A stretch of 36,964 nt of DNA, taken from a virus. The translations under genes and the position numbers were made by a program. Below the pieces are notes generated by a model that was not told where the DNA came from, ran no database searches, and saw only the letters and a list, made by a program, of their open reading frames with translations. This document shows positions 15,684 through 24,155 of the stretch, piece by piece. The stretch lies in the IMG/VR virus record IMGVR_UViG_3300036944_000932; one strand, written 5' to 3'. Position 1 is the stretch's first letter. Every line of letters starts with the position of its first letter.

Positions 15684-16463
15684 CTAGTAAAAAGAAGCCC
15701 CCCAGAAAACACGCCCCACGATTCGGATTTTGGCCTCGTCCATCTCGTGCGCTGAGTATGTCTCGTCTGGATGCTCCGCAATGTTGTAGCTTCTCATGCG
15801 GATGCCTCCGCCTGGCAGTCGATAGAGCGCTTTAACTCTGATTTGGCCGCCATGATCTATCACGTACATGCGTCCATCGACTACCTGGGTCTCGCGTAGA
15901 TGCGCAACGACGGTGCCGCCGTCCTGCAAAACTGGCGCCATTGAATTACCCGAGATGGCTGCCGCGACAACATGCTCAGGGAGTACGCCTTGCTTCAATA
16001 AAATTTCAGAGTTTAGGTCAAGGTGAACCTTCACGCTGATCTCGACAACCGTTTTCGATGAGTCGCGAGGGTCGTCGAGTTCAATCAAATAGGGTATTTC
16101 GTCGGTAAGCAGAGAGTTTGAAGGTGCATACCTGCTCACGTTCCTCAGCTCTTCTATCCGCTCTCGCAGGGCTAAGTTAAGGGCTGCATCATCGTCATGT
16201 TCGCCACGCAGGATCTCTTCAAGCTCGCTGCTGAAGTAGCTCATAGCATCTTCTGGAGAGTTCATCTCGCCTTCCCCTGAAGCTAGCCAGGCGCTATTCA
16301 CCCCGCATGCCCGGGCTATCTGAACAAGGTAGGAGGATCGTAGCGTCTTACCTGATTCCAGTTGACTAATGGCTGTCTGCGCGATGCCTACGGATTCCGC
16401 AAGCTGAGACTGAGTAAGCCTTGCTTTCTTCCGGGCTAGCTTGATTCGTTCGGATAGATTCAT
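15684..16463 (-). CDS. cI: CI-type repressor (XRE HTH plus S24 LexA-like autopeptidase)
   Basis: The N-terminus RIKLARKKARLTQSQLAESVGIAQTAISQLESG is an HTH. The C-terminus has GNSMAP (Ser) and IRVKAL (Lys). It is divergent from cro. Confidence 0.9.
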   Translation of the reverse strand: MNLSERIKLARKKARLTQSQLAESVGIAQTAISQLESGKTLRSSYLVQIARACGVNSAWLASGEGEMNSPEDAMSYFSSELEEILRGEHDDDAALNLALRERIEELRNVSRYAPSNSLLTDEIPYLIELDDPRDSSKTVVEISVKVHLDLNSEILLKQGVLPEHVVAAAISGNSMAPVLQDGGTVVAHLRETQVVDGRMYVIDHGGQIRVKALYRLPGGGIRMRSYNIAEHPDETYSAHEMDEAKIRIVGRVFWGASFY

Positions 16464-16549
16464 CCGCTGATCCTATAAAAATACTTATGGGGTTGCAAAG
16501 AAGTTTGCTTCTGTGCATTCTATAAAAAGACTTATCAGAGGCCGGCGTC
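16464..16549. promoter_or_regulatory. Divergent cI/cro control region with two 16-bp operator-like direct repeats
   Basis: CTATAAAAATACTTAT (16473-16488) and CTATAAAAAGACTTAT (16520-16535) each carry an ATAA-N6-TTAT dyad. A TTGCAA -35-like hexamer lies at 16493-16498. Confidence 0.6.
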
Positions 16550-16852
16550 GTGGCTAAAAATATCATCGAACTAATAAATTACTTCGGTAACCAGTCCAAG
16601 ACCGGCGAAGCCTTAGGTGTTTCTCAAGCAACGGTTTCTTACTGGCTGTCCGGATCGCAGAAGGTAAGCCCCGAAAAAGCGCTTCTCGCTGAGTCCGCTA
16701 CTCGCGGGGCTATCAGGGCTTCCTCGCTGTGCGACGTGATTGCTCAAGTCGAAGCTCGCCACAAGTTAGGTGAATCTTCCACTGAATTGCCCCGGTCCGC
16801 ACCTAGGCCTGATGGCTCTGTTCATCCATCCAGTGCCAGAGGTGTGCAGTGA
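16550..16852 (+). CDS. cro: Cro-like HTH regulator (YdaS/Cro family) with C-terminal extension
   Basis: GTG start with AGAGG 8 nt upstream. FGNQSKTGEALGVSQATVSYWLSG is an HTH. The gene is divergent from cI. Confidence 0.75.
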   Translation: MAKNIIELINYFGNQSKTGEALGVSQATVSYWLSGSQKVSPEKALLAESATRGAIRASSLCDVIAQVEARHKLGESSTELPRSAPRPDGSVHPSSARGVQ

Positions 16853-17376
16853 ACAACGTCATCCAGCTCGACTTTGAAGGTAGTCCAGTTCGTTTTAATG
16901 CTGACGGCTGGATCAATGCAACCGAGGCCGCTGCGCGCTTCAACAAGGAGCCCGCTCAATGGCTTAGGTTGCCCGATGCAACCCGCTATCTGAAAGGGCT
17001 GGAGCGTACATATGGGAAAATCACATATGTAAAAACCAGCCGTGCTCGCACTGATCGTGGCGGCGGTACCTGGATCCATCCACGGCTGGCGGTGAAGTTC
17101 GCACGCTGGCTATCGGTTGATTTTGAGATCTGGTGCGACGCGCAGATTGATGGATTGCTGCGCGGCACCCAGTCCGCTCTGGATGCTTTCAACCGCGCCT
17201 GCAAAAAGTATGACGACAGCGAAGCCCTCGCCAGTGCGCACGGTCGTGGCTTGAACGCCTGGAAGCGCCAGAAACCTTTGCTAATCGGCGAGGTTGAGCG
17301 CGGGCGCAGCCTTTTGCAGCTGACTCTGGGCCTCAATCAGCCTAATCAATCAATCGATCACCAGGTCTCATCATGA
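16849..17376 (+). CDS. KilA-N domain protein
   Basis: The GTG start overlaps the cro stop. The motif FEGSPVRFNADGWINATEAAARFNK...WLRL...GTWIHPRLAVKFARWLS is the KilA-N signature. Confidence 0.8.
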   Translation: MNNVIQLDFEGSPVRFNADGWINATEAAARFNKEPAQWLRLPDATRYLKGLERTYGKITYVKTSRARTDRGGGTWIHPRLAVKFARWLSVDFEIWCDAQIDGLLRGTQSALDAFNRACKKYDDSEALASAHGRGLNAWKRQKPLLIGEVERGRSLLQLTLGLNQPNQSIDHQVSS

Positions 17377-17651
17377 AGACCTGCTCATTCCCCCTGTCGG
17401 TGTTACGTGCCCGTGAAGTCTTAAACGGCGCTGAAAGTACTTGTGTCCAGCAGAGTTGCAACAATGCGCAAGTCCGTACAGATCGGACCGCCGAGTTTCC
17501 GCATGCTGAATCTTTTGCAAGCTGCCGTAGCGATTCTTTAATCGAGATTAAAAGTTTTCCCGATGGTGTGAACGGATTATTTATCTCTGCGCAGGACAAA
17601 AGATCAGAAATGGGTCACTCGGTGCCCACTATTACAGGAAAGAACTTCTGA
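17373..17651 (+). CDS. Doubtful 92-aa ORF in a low-GC island
   Basis: The ATG overlaps the KilA-N stop (ATGA), which favours a real gene. However, composition is atypical, no motif is recognisable and third-position GC is weak. Confidence 0.3.
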   Translation: MKTCSFPLSVLRAREVLNGAESTCVQQSCNNAQVRTDRTAEFPHAESFASCRSDSLIEIKSFPDGVNGLFISAQDKRSEMGHSVPTITGKNF

Positions 17652-17932
17652 CCACCTGAGGCCTCGCCTAGTGATTATCCTCCTGCAGTGCATGTTCGGA
17701 GAATAAATGGAAGGCCCTCAGCAGGGCCTTGTCAGCGACTTCCAATGGTTGGCTTTTGCCTGCCTAATGAAAAGGAACACGGCATGAGTCACCACACCAC
17801 ATTCAAGTTTTTGTTGTCCGGCTAAATCCCAGGCAACAAAAAGGCCAGCTGTCGAGGCCGGCCTTAGTAAAACCATCGCTTGTGTCGAGCAAGCAACTCT
17901 AAAAACATCTTCGTCTGTTGGAGGACGAATTC

Positions 17933-18259
17933 ATGCACCCAAAAAATAGCACCAACCCACTTGCATCGCAAGTATTGCTGACCGCAACTGTCGGGTTTTA
18001 CGAGACCCCGATCGATAATCGTAGCATTCAGTTGCTCAGCGTTGCTGCCGGCGCCAATGCGGAGGATGCACTCCAAACCGCAAAGGTTCTGTCCTCTGGC
18101 CTTGGGCAGATCTGCCGCCATATGCACGACAGCTTGAACATGGGCGAGCTGGCCTACTGCGACGGAATGGCGGCACTGGGCTTCCTCGCTGAGACAATCA
18201 GCGCGCTGGTTTGGTCTGTGCAGAAAGGCGTGGCAGCAACAGGGGAGCCCGCGCAATGA
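17933..18259 (+). CDS. Small protein, DUF3077-like (from memory, uncertain)
   Basis: A GGAGGA RBS (17920-17925) lies 7 nt upstream of ATG 17933. Sequence is protein-like (…GANAEDALQTAKVLSSGL…). The antisense ORF 17864-18256 was rejected. Confidence 0.65.
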   Translation: MHPKNSTNPLASQVLLTATVGFYETPIDNRSIQLLSVAAGANAEDALQTAKVLSSGLGQICRHMHDSLNMGELAYCDGMAALGFLAETISALVWSVQKGVAATGEPAQ

Positions 18260-18552
18260 GTCACGAATCTCCCACTGCTAAGGATCTGGCTGACGAGGCT
18301 GAATTTCAGCTCGTCTGTGCCCGGGAAAACCTTCAATGGCTGGCTGCTCTCGCCCGAGCAATTGCTCATGACGCAGGATCTGGGGGCCGCGATACGAAAG
18401 TACTGGTAGACCTGGTCTGCTTCTTGGACGACACCGGCTTTTCCGGCATCGACCAAGCAATCGATCAGTTCAAGGCGGCATCTGCCGGGTACGCGACACA
18501 AAAAGCCGAATCCGAAAACGTGTCGCCTACCTCTGCGGAGGTGCAGGCATGA
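18256..18552 (+). CDS. Hypothetical 98-aa early protein
   Basis: ATG 18256 overlaps the upstream stop (ATGA). The track start at 18211 lies inside the upstream gene. Confidence 0.6.
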   Translation: MSHESPTAKDLADEAEFQLVCARENLQWLAALARAIAHDAGSGGRDTKVLVDLVCFLDDTGFSGIDQAIDQFKAASAGYATQKAESENVSPTSAEVQA

Positions 18553-18845
18553 GTACATCACTGTCACTGATTGACCTTGATGTTGTCGAAGGTGAAATCA
18601 TCCGCGACGTGCTCGTCAGTACATCAGACATGGCTCGAATGAACGAAGCCCGCGCTGTCTTTAACGAGCTCAGGTCAATTCTGCTCGCACAAGTCGTTCC
18701 CGCGCTTGGTGGCTGGACCAACCCTATGGCTACCGAACTTGAAAGCCGTCTTGAGGCCATCACGTTCGCCACCGGCAACTTTCTTTGGAAGCAGCGCCAC
18801 GCTGGTGCATCTCACGACGCTGTTCATGTCGGGGGTGGGCGATGA
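18549..18845 (+). CDS. Hypothetical 98-aa early protein
   Basis: ATGA overlap with the upstream gene; acidic and helical. Confidence 0.6.
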   Translation: MSTSLSLIDLDVVEGEIIRDVLVSTSDMARMNEARAVFNELRSILLAQVVPALGGWTNPMATELESRLEAITFATGNFLWKQRHAGASHDAVHVGGGR

Positions 18846-19606
18846 ATCTGATCCCATTCAGTTTCAAGGGTGCCGACATCCGCGTCATCACTGATGAGCA
18901 TGGCGAGCCGTGGTTTGTAGGCAAAGACGTGTGCGACCTGCTCTGTTATGCCAACCCAAGCGACGCCATGGGGCGGCACTGCAAGGGGGTCGTGAAACGC
19001 TACCCCCTTCAAACTCCAGGCGGTGTGCAGGATCTGCGCATTCTGTCCGAAGGTGACACGCTGCGCCTGATCGTCAACAGCGCGATGCCTGCCGCCCAAG
19101 AGTTCGAATCCTGGGTGTTCGACGAAGTGCTGCCTACGATCCGCAAGACAGGCAGTTACCAGCGCCCGATGACGCCCGGCGAGCAACTACTGGCGCAGGC
19201 TCAGGCAGTGATCACCATCGAACGACAGCAGGCGGAGCAGCAGGTTGCCCTCGATCGGATCGAGCGTCGTGTTGAAGATTTGAGCCAGACCACAGTGTGG
19301 GATCACTGCCCGCAGAACTGCCAATCGCTCACTCGCATCAAGGAAACGATGCTGGGGCGCCACGGCCTTTCCGGCGCTGTCGTCGACTACGTGCTTAAGG
19401 CCTGGCCGAATCAGCCCAATCCTGCCGGCATGGTTCGCAACGGTCACGCGGAGGCGCTGGGCTCCCAGTACCTGGTCTGGTCAAAGAGCCACGTCACGGC
19501 TGCATTCAACCGGTTTGTTTCCGAATCCACGATGGTCACCGCCACCCAGGCGACCCACCCATATTTTGAGGGCCGGTTCCGCCTGGTCCAGAAGGTCCAG
19601 TCATGA
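18842..19606 (+). CDS. Bro-N domain protein (antirepressor-like)
   Basis: ATG 18842 overlaps the upstream stop. The motif FSFKGADIRVITDEHGEPWFVGKDVCDLL...ESWVFDEVLPTIRKTGSY is the Bro-N signature. Confidence 0.8.
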   Translation: MNLIPFSFKGADIRVITDEHGEPWFVGKDVCDLLCYANPSDAMGRHCKGVVKRYPLQTPGGVQDLRILSEGDTLRLIVNSAMPAAQEFESWVFDEVLPTIRKTGSYQRPMTPGEQLLAQAQAVITIERQQAEQQVALDRIERRVEDLSQTTVWDHCPQNCQSLTRIKETMLGRHGLSGAVVDYVLKAWPNQPNPAGMVRNGHAEALGSQYLVWSKSHVTAAFNRFVSESTMVTATQATHPYFEGRFRLVQKVQS

Positions 19607-20205
19607 GCAAAGTAATCGATTTTCCAAAGGCGCCCACCTTCGAAACGATCGATCAGACATTCTTCGAGAAATTCGCCGACGCCGCGCTGCTACTGAAGTG
19701 CTTCGAGTGCGTCAAGGATGCCACCGAGCTCGTTGAGGAGGGCGGCGCGATTGAGGTTCGTGATGACGTGTACGTCGGGCTGATCGAAGCGTACTGGGCG
19801 TTGAAGGTCCTGTTTGAGCGCAAGACAGGCGGCGACGCCAAGAAGGTATCCGACGAGCACTGGGAGATCGCGGGTAAGTGCTTGCTGGCAGGGCAGCAGC
19901 CGCCAGACATGCATATCCCGATTGTCGACGCATCCATCCAGTTAATTCAGCCGGAGGAGTACGGCCATCTCAGCAACTTGGCGCTGGCCTGCGCAGCGTT
20001 CAATGCCAGCGATAACGTCAGGCTCGGCACCAACGCAACCCTGGCAGCACTCAATGCCCAGATCACAGCCACAGTTTCCGTGGAAGCGATCAATGTCACG
20101 ACAGCGCTGGGCATCTTGGTACGCCGGCTTTCCGGTGGATCACTGACTGACATGGCTCAGATCGTGAGCAGGATCAATGGCAGCGGCTCGGAGACGTTGC
20201 AATGA
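19603..20205 (+). CDS. Hypothetical 200-aa early protein
   Basis: ATGA overlap with the upstream gene; coding-like composition; no motif recognised. Confidence 0.6.
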   Translation: MSKVIDFPKAPTFETIDQTFFEKFADAALLLKCFECVKDATELVEEGGAIEVRDDVYVGLIEAYWALKVLFERKTGGDAKKVSDEHWEIAGKCLLAGQQPPDMHIPIVDASIQLIQPEEYGHLSNLALACAAFNASDNVRLGTNATLAALNAQITATVSVEAINVTTALGILVRRLSGGSLTDMAQIVSRINGSGSETLQ

Positions 20206-20426
20206 GCCTCCTAACTCAAACCACAATCGCTGAAAAAGGCCCGGTATCGGTGATCGCCGGACCATGGCCGAGCTACGCCACTTTCAAAGGACTGCCGGAG
20301 CGCGAGCGCTGGGTCTTGTATGGCAGCGCCAAGGCCTACCGCGAGGCGCTCGAAAATCAGGGGCTGGTGATGGCTGAAGGGTATGACGTCTTCATTCGCC
20401 GAGTCTGCCAGGAGCTGGATCTATGA
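20202..20426 (+). CDS. Hypothetical 74-aa protein
   Basis: Overlapping start and stop on both sides. Confidence 0.55.
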   Translation: MSLLTQTTIAEKGPVSVIAGPWPSYATFKGLPERERWVLYGSAKAYREALENQGLVMAEGYDVFIRRVCQELDL

Positions 20427-21205
20427 CGGTCGACACTCCGCGTAAATTTCAAGGCGTGTGGATCCCGGCCGAGCGCTGGCTGGACCGTACGTTGTCACCA
20501 ACCGAGAAAGTCATGCTGGGCGAGATCGCGAGTTTGGATACTGGTCCCCGCGGCTGCTACGCCACCAACGCGCACTTTGCTGAGTTCTTCAACCTGTCGA
20601 TATCTCGGGTATCGGAGATCATCAGCGGGCTCGTTGAGAAAGGGCACGTGCGCGTTGAATTGATCCGTGAAGGAAAGCGCGTAGTCGAGCGCCGCCTGCG
20701 ACTTGTTGACCCCTTCGGTTTTCCGAAGACCCCTTCGGAAAACGCTGCGAACCCCTTCGGAAAAGGCGGTGAACCCCCTTCGGAAAACACGCAGGGGAGC
20801 AATACACAAAGCAACAATACAAAGAGCATTAAAAACCCTTCAGCAAACGGTGAAGGGGATTTGGCTCTGGATGAAGGGTTTGAAAAGTTCTGGAAGCTGT
20901 ACCCGAAGAAGAAGGGTCGCAAGGACGCTGCCAAAGCTTGGGCGAAGCTGAAGCCGGACGCCGAGCTGCATCAGACGCTGATCACCGCCTTGGGCAGTCA
21001 CTGCATTTCCGAAGACTGGGCAAAGGACGGTGGTCGCTACATTCCGAACGCCTCGACATGGATCAATGGTGAGCGCTGGACTGACGAGTTGAAGCCTGCC
21101 GTGTCTAGGCAGTCCCGCCACACCGATCTTGATCAGATAAATCACGAAGACGGCCTTGAGCAGCAGGCTGACGGCACCTATCGAATTGCGAGCGTGACCC
21201 CATGA
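20423..21205 (+). CDS. Replication initiator (lambda O-like; winged-helix N-terminal domain)
   Basis: The N-terminus WIPAERWLDRTLSPTEKVMLGEIASLD...NAHFAEFFNLSISRVSEIISGLVEKGHV is a wHTH. The gene contains internal iterons and sits directly upstream of the loader and helicase. Confidence 0.7.
   Translation: MTVDTPRKFQGVWIPAERWLDRTLSPTEKVMLGEIASLDTGPRGCYATNAHFAEFFNLSISRVSEIISGLVEKGHVRVELIREGKRVVERRLRLVDPFGFPKTPSENAANPFGKGGEPPSENTQGSNTQSNNTKSIKNPSANGEGDLALDEGFEKFWKLYPKKKGRKDAAKAWAKLKPDAELHQTLITALGSHCISEDWAKDGGRYIPNASTWINGERWTDELKPAVSRQSRHTDLDQINHEDGLEQQADGTYRIASVTP
20709..20788 (+). repeat. Four iterons ACCCCTTCGG(AAAAC) inside the initiator gene: candidate replication origin
   Basis: Copies start at 20709, 20729, 20751 and 20773 (the last has one extra C), spaced 20-22 bp. 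The first is part of the palindrome CTTCGG-TTTT-CCGAAG. An A-rich tract follows at 20801-20838. Confidence 0.65.
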
Positions 21206-21987
21206 CCACACAACCTAAGTACACCATGGAAACCCGGGCGGGCGATTGCCGTGAGCATGGCCGCTTCCCTGACAACCTGGTGCAACAGTTCGGCGCCAAT
21301 CCGGCTTGGTTCGGCTGCCCACGTTGCCAGTTTGATGCTCGCCACTCACAGGACCTTGATCAGCGGTCGACGGCGCTGGGCATCCATCGCGACAGGAAGC
21401 TCAACGAGCGGCTGCTTGATGCGTCCATCCCGGATCGCTTCATGGACTGCACGCTGTCCAACTGGATTGCGCGTGAGCCGGCACAGATTCAGGCGCATGC
21501 AGCCTGTGAAGGTTTCGTAGAGGCGTTTGAGGCGAATTTCTCTGTCGGCCGATCCGCGATGCTGCTGGGCACCGTCGGAACTGGCAAGACACACATGGGG
21601 ACCGCCATGCTGCAGGCCGTGGTACGTGAGCACGCTCACGATGGGCTCCAAGGTTTATACGCCACAGCCGGTTCAATCATCCGCGACGTGAAGGCCACTT
21701 TCGGCAATCGCGGGCGGACAGAAGCAGATGTATACGCCGACCTGATACGTCCCGACCTTCTGGTGATCGACGAAGTCGGTGTCCAGCACGGGACCGACTT
21801 CGAACGTCAGGTGCTGTTTGAGGTGATCAACGGCCGGTACGAGAAAATTAGGCCCACCATCGTGGTGAGCAACCTCGGCGTCACAGAGCTTCGCCAATGC
21901 CTTGGGGATCGCGCCGTTGATCGACTGCGAGACAAGAGCGGCATTGTGGTGGTGTTCCGCTGGGCATCTGCGCGAGGTGCTGTATGA
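21202..21987 (+). CDS. DnaC/IstB-like AAA+ helicase loader
   Basis: Walker A GTVGTGKTH and Walker B LLVIDEVG. An N-terminal Cys pair (C..H...CPRC) is present. Confidence 0.8.
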   Translation: MTTQPKYTMETRAGDCREHGRFPDNLVQQFGANPAWFGCPRCQFDARHSQDLDQRSTALGIHRDRKLNERLLDASIPDRFMDCTLSNWIAREPAQIQAHAACEGFVEAFEANFSVGRSAMLLGTVGTGKTHMGTAMLQAVVREHAHDGLQGLYATAGSIIRDVKATFGNRGRTEADVYADLIRPDLLVIDEVGVQHGTDFERQVLFEVINGRYEKIRPTIVVSNLGVTELRQCLGDRAVDRLRDKSGIVVVFRWASARGAV

Positions 21988-23360
21988 GCCGCGAACTTTT
22001 CAGTGAAGAGGCCGAGTTCGGCGTCCTCGGTGCGGTGCTACTCAAGCCTGAGTTGTTCGACGAGGTTTCCAGCAGGGTGTCTGTGTCGGACTTCCATGAT
22101 CTGGAGAGTGCTGCGTTGTACCAGGTCATGATCGATTGCCACGCCGCCTGTGTTCCTATCGATGTCGTCACGTTGAGCGATCGTCGCCAAAACCTGCCCA
22201 GCGGCAAGCCGACGATTGTTCATGCTGGCGAGGTCGCCATGCACGTACCGAGCACTGCCAACTGGAAGGAATACGCTCGAATTGTTCGTGAGCGGGCAGT
22301 TCTCCGGCAGGTTGTACAGGCTGCTGAAGTGATCCGCGATCAGGCAACGGATGAGATGCCGCTTGCCGATATCATCGCCCTGGCACAGCAGGCCACGGCG
22401 GATCTACGTGATTTAGACGACGATGGTCAGCAGGATTACTACAAGGCCAGCGACATCCTGACCAGCGTAATCAATACCATTGATTCGAAGTTCAACAAGA
22501 CGGCGCCTGCTGGCCTCTCGACTGGGTTGAAGGATCTTGATGAGCTGGTCTGTGGATTACGCCCGGGCAACGTGATCGTCATTGGAGGGCTGACCGGTTC
22601 CGGAAAGACCATTCTTGGCTTGCAGATCGCCCAGCACGCCACCTGCAAGCGCGATGGTGTGGGCCTTGCGTTCTCGATGGAGATGACCAAGGAGGAACTG
22701 ATCACACGCGGTATAGCGTCCATCGGCGCCGTCAATCTGAGCGCCTTGGACAGCGGCGATCTAAGTGACGACGACTGGCCGCGTATCACCAGCGCGGTCA
22801 GCGTGCTCAACGAGGCCAAGCTGTTCGTCAATGACCAAGCCGGCATGACGGTGGCCCGCATCCGCTCAATTGCCCGCCAGTGCCAACGTAGGGAAGGGCT
22901 GAGCATCTTGTTGATTGATTACATCCAACTGATCAGCGCAGAGAGCAACTCCAACCGGTCCTTGGAGGTCGGGAAGATATCCACTGCTCTGAAGAACCTG
23001 GCCAAGGAGCTCAAGATTCCGGTGGTCGTGCTGGCCCAGCTCAACCGCGGTTCAACCAACCGACCGGACAAGCGCCCGCGCCCGAGCGATATCCGTGACT
23101 CCGGCCAGATCGAGCAGGACGCCGACGTGGTGATTCTTGTGCATCGGGACATGGAGAGCGAGGAAGGGCAAAACGGCGTAACTGAGCTGATCGTGGGCAA
23201 GGTACGTCACGCTCGTGTTGGGTCCTGCATGGTTCAGCAGCAGGGCAAGTATGTCCGGTTTGTCGACTTCGAGGGCCAGCCGCCCAGCAACGAAGATGTC
23301 GAGATGGGTCGAACGAGCTATGCCAGCAAGTACAGCAAGGGGCGGAAAAATCATGAATAA
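21984..23360 (+). CDS. dnaB: Replicative DNA helicase DnaB
   Basis: Motifs GLRPGNVIVIGGLTGSGKT, LLIDYIQLI, VVVLAQLNR and IEQDADVV. Confidence 0.9.
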   Translation: MSRELFSEEAEFGVLGAVLLKPELFDEVSSRVSVSDFHDLESAALYQVMIDCHAACVPIDVVTLSDRRQNLPSGKPTIVHAGEVAMHVPSTANWKEYARIVRERAVLRQVVQAAEVIRDQATDEMPLADIIALAQQATADLRDLDDDGQQDYYKASDILTSVINTIDSKFNKTAPAGLSTGLKDLDELVCGLRPGNVIVIGGLTGSGKTILGLQIAQHATCKRDGVGLAFSMEMTKEELITRGIASIGAVNLSALDSGDLSDDDWPRITSAVSVLNEAKLFVNDQAGMTVARIRSIARQCQRREGLSILLIDYIQLISAESNSNRSLEVGKISTALKNLAKELKIPVVVLAQLNRGSTNRPDKRPRPSDIRDSGQIEQDADVVILVHRDMESEEGQNGVTELIVGKVRHARVGSCMVQQQGKYVRFVDFEGQPPSNEDVEMGRTSYASKYSKGRKNHE

Positions 23361-23640
23361 CGTCACGGCGGTATTGCCGCGAAAGAGCATGAGCGATTTG
23401 GAGCGACGCTTCCTCAAGATCGCAGGCGAAGAGCTGGCCAAGGTCAAGGTAGGCGGACCAAACGCACTGGCTTACCTGTTGGACATGGTCGCCAGTTGGC
23501 ACGGCAGTCGCGCACAGATCGGCTTCCACGACTTCGGCCAACGCTGGCTGATCGAGGGCAACGCCAAGAACAAAACCGCTGACCGGTTGCTTCGTGACCT
23601 GTTTGGCCTGAGTGATCCAGATCCGAGGAAGGCGGCATGA
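23353..23640 (+). CDS. Hypothetical 95-aa protein
   Basis: ATG 23353 lies just before the dnaB stop. The track start at 23215 lies inside dnaB. Confidence 0.55.
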   Translation: MNNVTAVLPRKSMSDLERRFLKIAGEELAKVKVGGPNALAYLLDMVASWHGSRAQIGFHDFGQRWLIEGNAKNKTADRLLRDLFGLSDPDPRKAA

Positions 23641-24026
23641 AGAAACGCACTTATGTAGGCAAGGCCCTGGGCGACACCGAGTGGTTGCTGGAGCAATGGG
23701 GGTTCTGGCGAATGGATGGGATGGGAGTGCCTCGGTATGTGTCTCCCCTTTATGCGCTGATCCGCGACAACGTCCCGTGCGAAGGCGGGGTGAAGGAATA
23801 CTCGCTGACGGATGACCTGGCCCTGGTGGTGGACGGCGCTGTCGCTCGCCTAATCAACCGAGACGATCAGATGGGCAATTTCATCTGGCTCTACTTTGGC
23901 GCCAAGTGGCCAGCCCTGCGAATCGGCAGGGAAAACGGCATTGGTGAGGCGAAGGCCAGGGAGATCATCAAAGCCGGCGTTGCCTGGATTGACTGCGCCT
24001 TGGAAGGGATTCGTGAAGCCGCGTAA
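23637..24026 (+). CDS. Q: Late-gene antiterminator Q (phage 21/82 type)
   Basis: The pattern LLEQWGFW....D.LALVVDGAVARL....FIWLYFG.....IGRENGIGEAKAREIIKAG resembles the Phage_antitermQ family (compare phage 21 Q LERWGAWA). It is the last gene of the early-right operon. Confidence 0.7.
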   Translation: MKKRTYVGKALGDTEWLLEQWGFWRMDGMGVPRYVSPLYALIRDNVPCEGGVKEYSLTDDLALVVDGAVARLINRDDQMGNFIWLYFGAKWPALRIGRENGIGEAKAREIIKAGVAWIDCALEGIREAA

Positions 24027-24101
24027 AAAAGTCTTTCCACGCGGATAACGACCTGTTTTCATGGCACGGTGTTCAGCTGTTTCAGCGGCGACACCACAGG
24101 A

Positions 24102-24130
24102 AAGCCCGGCCTATTCGCCGGGCTTCTTTG
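24102..24130 (+). terminator. Terminator after Q
   Basis: 9-bp stem aagcccggc/gccgggctt with loop ctattc, followed by cttt. Confidence 0.65.
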
Positions 24131-24155
24131 CGAATGTAAAGATGTCTTTCTGCCA

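Noticed and set aside
17342-17599. The minus-strand 85-aa ORF convergent with KilA-N, and the 130-aa ORF at 17864-18256(-).
   Set aside because: The first has a TTG start, no RBS, and its 3' end overlaps the KilA-N coding sequence. The second is antisense to a + strand gene that has a strong GGAGGA RBS and protein-like sequence.
17652-17932. The noncoding stretch as an RsmY/Z-like GGA-rich sponge RNA for the phage CsrA.
   Set aside because: It has only a few GGA triplets, not placed in obvious hairpin loops, and no promoter/terminator pair on the + strand. The evidence is insufficient.
20709-20788. The short repeats as a CRISPR array or a minisatellite.
   Set aside because: There are only four copies of 10-15 bp at about 21-bp spacing, all in-frame inside a replication initiator gene. 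No cas genes, leader or spacer-sized unique segments are present.
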